DNA from: Neoechinorhynchus agilis
Taxonomy: Eukaryota > Animalia > Acanthocephala
Assembly: GCA_051530055.1 (NCBI GenBank)
Contig: CM121342.1
Location: 14,585,480-14,649,479, forward strand
Length of the DNA stretch: 64,000 nt
Direction of reading: 5' to 3'
Part shown: positions 59,431 to 64,000 of the stretch, in pieces
Numbering within the stretch: position 1 is the first letter of the stretch
How the letters are laid out: the number at the start of each line of letters is the position of its first letter
Notes under the pieces: generated by a model
What the model was told of the DNA's origin: nothing
Seen by the model: only the letters and a program-made list of their open reading frames with translations
Databases searched by the model: none
Position numbers and translations under genes: made by a program

Positions 59431-59934
59431 ACACGCTTCTGGTGCTTTTCAAGGACTAAACCAAGCTAGCCACCATGTTAGAGTCAAACAAAATAAATTT
59501 ATTTTTCAATTTCGTCCATTAGTAACATGCGTAAGCGTCCGCATTCTTTTAAAGGACAAATGCATCATCACTGTTCCAAAGCCCGAATAAAAAAGTGGAA
59601 AAATTCTTTAATACAACTCAATTTTTTATATAAAAAATAAAGTCGACATATTTTGGAGTTTCGAGTAAGGATGGACCAGCTCTTCTAAATTAGGAAATTT
59701 ATCCTACGGATTTATTTGCTCCATGTCTCGCCAAACAGGCCGTATTTCTTCTCGCGATGATCCCTATATTCGGTTGAATCCTCCAATATCTAAAAGGGGA
59801 AATCACAGACAATCGCTCAGTCGTCTTCTTGGTATCTCACATTTTATTATATCACGCAAGTTCACTTGCGTTTCTTGATTGAGGTTTTTTGATTTTTTAA
59901 TGCGAACACTACAATGAATCGCTTTTCTGTTAAG

Positions 59935-62220
59935 GATTTAAATGCTTTACCCAAAAAAGATCTCACGATGATTGGTGATGGAGGAAGTAGTTTAAGCGGT
60001 GGACAAAAAGCAAGAGTTTCATTGGCCAGAGCGATTTACCAAGACGCTGACGTGTATCTTCTTGATGATCCTTTAACTGCAGTTGATTATAAAACGAGGA
60101 CACATATTTTAAAGCAGTTAGTATTTGCCTTAAATAATTCCAAAAAGAGTTCAATTGAACTTTATGCAGTTGCATTCGAATATTTCTAAAAAACAAAACC
60201 GTATTATACTGCGCCTCCAGCGTTCTGGATGCTGGTCGTGCCGCCACGGTCGTAACTCTGAAGGACGTAAGTAAGCCTATGATTTATTTAAAGCGATCAA
60301 ATCAATTTCTAAGGGTTGTATTGAATGTATGAACGAACAAACAGCCTCAAACTCCGACGAAGATACCGATTCATCGTGCACTCAGCAAGATTACGATTTC
60401 GAGTTAATCACTTTAGACAAAGTTGCTCGACGATACTCGATGTGTTCACAGCATGAAAATTCCGAAGTTGGCGGATTTGCCCCAAAGCCAAGAACGTTGG
60501 ATGCCATGGGCTGGATTAAACTTTTGGTAAAACTATTTACACCGAACAAAATTGGAACCGCTGTTATCCCTTTTTTAATTCGGTTTTGGTGCGGATCGCA
60601 TGCTTTTCGCATAGTGTCGGAATACTATCTTTCTCGCTGGCTCTCGACTGAAACCGAAAATGGCACAAAACATTTGAGTGACAACGCGTATGAGACTCTC
60701 TATTTAGGTGCGCTCATTTTGAAAAGATTAGTTCCCTATTTGTTTTTATAGGTTACCTCCTCGGATTTGTAATCTGTGCTGGATTGGTTCTATTTATCAT
60801 CATCACCATGATTGGCTACGATACATTTTACGCTCATTCAAGGAACTTGGCAAGAGTGATGGGATCGTATTCGTTAATATTCGAGAAAGTATTGCGAGGT
60901 TTGTTTTGAAGTATTCTGAGAGATAAGATTATGTTCTTTAAAAAGGTGTTACGTTCAATCGATTGTCGTTTGATATTGGTGTTATGCAGAATTTCGTGCC
61001 CATTTCAATTTATGCTGTAGGACAGGTATAGTACAAATTTTATTAAACCAAATTGCGGCCTTTTATTATTTTAAATTATGGAAACAAACGATAAAACACA
61101 TTTTGTTTTAATGTATTATTCTTCCTTTGTGGCTATAAACGAGAATCCACCAAACTGACATCCTTTTATCTTTGCCACTTTTCAAGTTCATTTTAGAATG
61201 GTTCACTAATCTTTGCACTAATGATCTACATTTGCTGTATCTGTCCGGTAGCAATCGCTTTCGTACTACCAGCGATTTTTGCTATTCTGTTCTTGGTATA
61301 CCAACAAATAAATCTAACGACCTCAGGATATCAAATGGAATCCGACAGTAAGACTTTACTTTTAAAAATACAACGCTTATTTTCGATACATTTATCTTGT
61401 AGCTCGAACAAACATACTAACCCACTTGGTAGCAACCCACCAAGATCTCGTAACCATTCGAGCATCTAAAGCTGAAGATGAAATGATATCGGAGTTCGAG
61501 TACACAATTGGTTTGAGATTGCTTCGATAAATGAGAATCTTTTTTGATCTAATGGTTTTAGATACCAACAATCAACTACGGTACACGCTAATTTTGCTCG
61601 ATCGAATAGCCCAATTCACTGTTGATTTCGTTATTCTCTTAGTCATGCTGACGACTACAATTGTTTTCTTGTTCTTTTACACTGGTTAGCTAATTGCAAG
61701 CAATTAAAAATTCCGAGTAATTAAAAATCGTAAAAGGAACCACTGAGGTCAGACAACTGGCAGTAACATATACAATAGTAGTTGCTGAAAATGCTCGAAG
61801 TTTCATTCAGACGGCCCAGCAAAGTATTAATCACGTTCGTAAAAGCATTGCTTCTACAAGAAATAATGTTCTCTATGTTTGATAGTTGCTGTCGGCTGCT
61901 AGAGTTTTCGATCTTTATGGTACTGTTCAAGAACCGAGCACCGGATCATGGGATGAAATAGAAAAACCTCCTTATGTTGATAATTCAATAGAATTCATCA
62001 ACGTCCGTTTCAAGTATTTTAAGGATCTTCCCTTTGTTCTAAATGGCCTCGATATAAGGATTATGCCCAGATCCAAGGTTATTGTGCGCTAAAGCATTTT
62101 CTTGGTATTTTAAACACTGTAAACAAATAGGTTGCTATTGTTGGACCAACTGGAGCAGGAAAGAGCACCATATTCGGTGCCATATTTAGATTGGGGATTG
62201 TAGAAGGAAAGATTATCGTT
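59935..62220 (+). pseudogene. ABCC/MRP4-like transporter: NBD1 C-half, TMD2 and NBD2 up to Walker A, then truncated
   Basis: [16 protein letters not shown]...LLDDPL, TMD2 exons (EYYLSRW, FNRLSFDIG, LVTIRA) and VAIVGPTGAGKS. Short GT-AG introns. The frame stops near 62300. Confidence 0.75.
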
Positions 62221-62229
62221 AAAGTTTTG

Positions 62230-62872
62230 ACACTGATTGTTGGTCGATGCACGAATCACTATGTCTTGGCTTCGAAGCAAGAGCGGCTTTTACGAGATTA
62301 GTTTATGCAAAGGTAAGAAATCTTGAGAATGATATAAATTGTACAATTCCTTGTCGGCGTATTCTAGTGCTTGAAGCTTTCTCTTCATCAATGTGATCGA
62401 ATCGAATCTGGATATCTTAGCAGTCTCATAAGTACTGATAGTTACTCGTTTGACATGTTTGCACAATTCGGTGTTCGAGTTCTTGGAAGCACTTTGGGGT
62501 TTATTTTGGTATTTACTTTTTGCTACCTTTCCATTGACAAGTTCGCTCCGATCGCAATATGCGTCTATCTATATGCCTATGCACTTTACCTGTGTATGTG
62601 ATTGGCCTGCGTATAATTAGGTTAGCCAATGAGTGCATAAGACAGGCTTATAATTCTTTTGTAGGAAACGCATTAACAAGGAAGTGGATAAGAGACTTCG
62701 CAATCTCGCGATATATTGCCGGTTCGCCCAAACCTTCAAAATGTGCTGCTTAGATAGAGTTATCTATAAAGTAATGTACCGATTAAATAAGAAGGAAACG
62801 TTTTTCTGTTCACTAAAAAATCTCGTGGAAGATAACTCTTTTACGCGTTGCTTTGGCATTCATTTAAGCAAG
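62230..62872 (+). pseudogene. TMD1 exons of a second ABCC copy, fused out of frame to the preceding NBD2 exon
   Basis: GFEARAAFTRLVYAK / CLKLS...SGYLSSLISTD / DKRLRN....FKMCC match the ABCC TMD1 patterns GMRLRVA..MIYRK / ALRLS...TGQIVNLLSND / D.RIR....IKMYAW. Confidence 0.65.
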
Positions 62873-64000
62873 GTACGCCCACATTTGAGGCTTTATGCGA
62901 AAATATGTTTTTATGACTATTGCCTTTCTTTAAGGCAGATTCAATCAAAATCGATTTCGTCCTATGTATTAATCTCGAATACAGAATATTTTGATTAAAC
63001 TAATAATTCCATGAAGTTGTACTGTTCTGCAGAATATGCCTTTTACAAAGGAGTTCTTAAATTCTCTTTTAGGATCGTTAGGACCCGATATGAGACATCA
63101 GCTACTTAATGTCGCTGAAGGCAAGAATTTCGTTTGAAGCATTTATGAATTCACTGGTCGTTGTTTCTAGGATCTATTTTTGACGGAAGTGAGTGATATA
63201 GGTTTCCTCCTATTGAAATTAGAGGATGCGTCTTATCGAATGAAAGATATGGGGATGGCGCGAAGTCCAAAATCAAATGGTTTACGTGCAGATTATCGCT
63301 CATGTGAATGATTTAAGTCTTCCTTAAATTGAGAAATGAGCCCTGTCGACCAGAAGAAAACACATTTGCTGCATTTGTCCGGTAACACTCGTTTTCGTAC
63401 TACCGGTGATTTTCAATGTGGTTTTTTTACATACAACAATAATCTAGAAGGCCGTAGAATATTTAATTGGAATCCGACAGTAAGACTTCCGCTTAAAAAA
63501 ATAAAAAGGCTATTCTTAGCACATTTATTGCCGCATCGAAATAAAAAATGTTGAAAAAGCTGGCGGCGGGTGATTCATTGCTGAGCGCTTTTGATAGCAA
63601 GAGCATGTGGCTTCTTTAGACTCATCGAAATGTTTAACTTGGGCAGAATGCCGTGAATGAGTAACCCGTGCACATCCCAAGCTCCCTGACACCGATGAGT
63701 TTAGCTCATATGCGAGACAATTGGTTAACGGCCACGCTGTAACGAGATCCACGAGAGTATCTGAGATTCACAGGTGAGCATGAGTAAGCAACGTCTCCTG
63801 CATTTGTGTAGTTATGACTAAAGTCAAACTACTAATCGCTGCAATGTATGGGGCACAGACTAGCATAAATACGAGACTGTAAGGCTTCTTTAACTTCACA
63901 CACTCAAATTTCGGTCCTCAACCTCCACTGAACAAACTCTTTGTGTGAAATAACAATGACTGAAATAACAGGCAGCGACTTGGATCTAAACCCGCATCAG

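Overview
Eukaryotic DNA, most likely from a fast-evolving invertebrate animal (inferred from short spliceosomal introns, divergent host proteins and a metazoan-type TE repertoire). There are no prokaryotic features and no CRISPR array. Host genes: an ABHD1/2/3-like lipase, CCT6 (zeta), an ELMOD-family protein, a RhoGAP, a short Tudor-less SMN, a 4-TM protein, a low-complexity unknown protein, a possible SSXT-domain gene and a rearranged ABCC/MRP locus. They lie among decayed retroelements (Ty3/gypsy, RTE, CRE-like, CR1-like, Penelope-like/PLE), two tRNA-derived SINE families and three satellites (about 162, 183 and 274 bp). The most notable signal is self-cleaving RNA. About a dozen minimal hammerhead (HHR) motifs mark PLE ends, often as head-to-head palindromes. 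A tandem 428-bp HHR-bearing mini-PLE is inserted in the 274-bp satellite. A twister-like motif sits at an RTE 5' end. One SINE family has a consensus containing all hammerhead core elements in a non-circularly permuted order, plus a covarying hairpin and PLE-like inverted tails. All calls were made by eye, with no searches or folding run, so TE boundaries are approximate.
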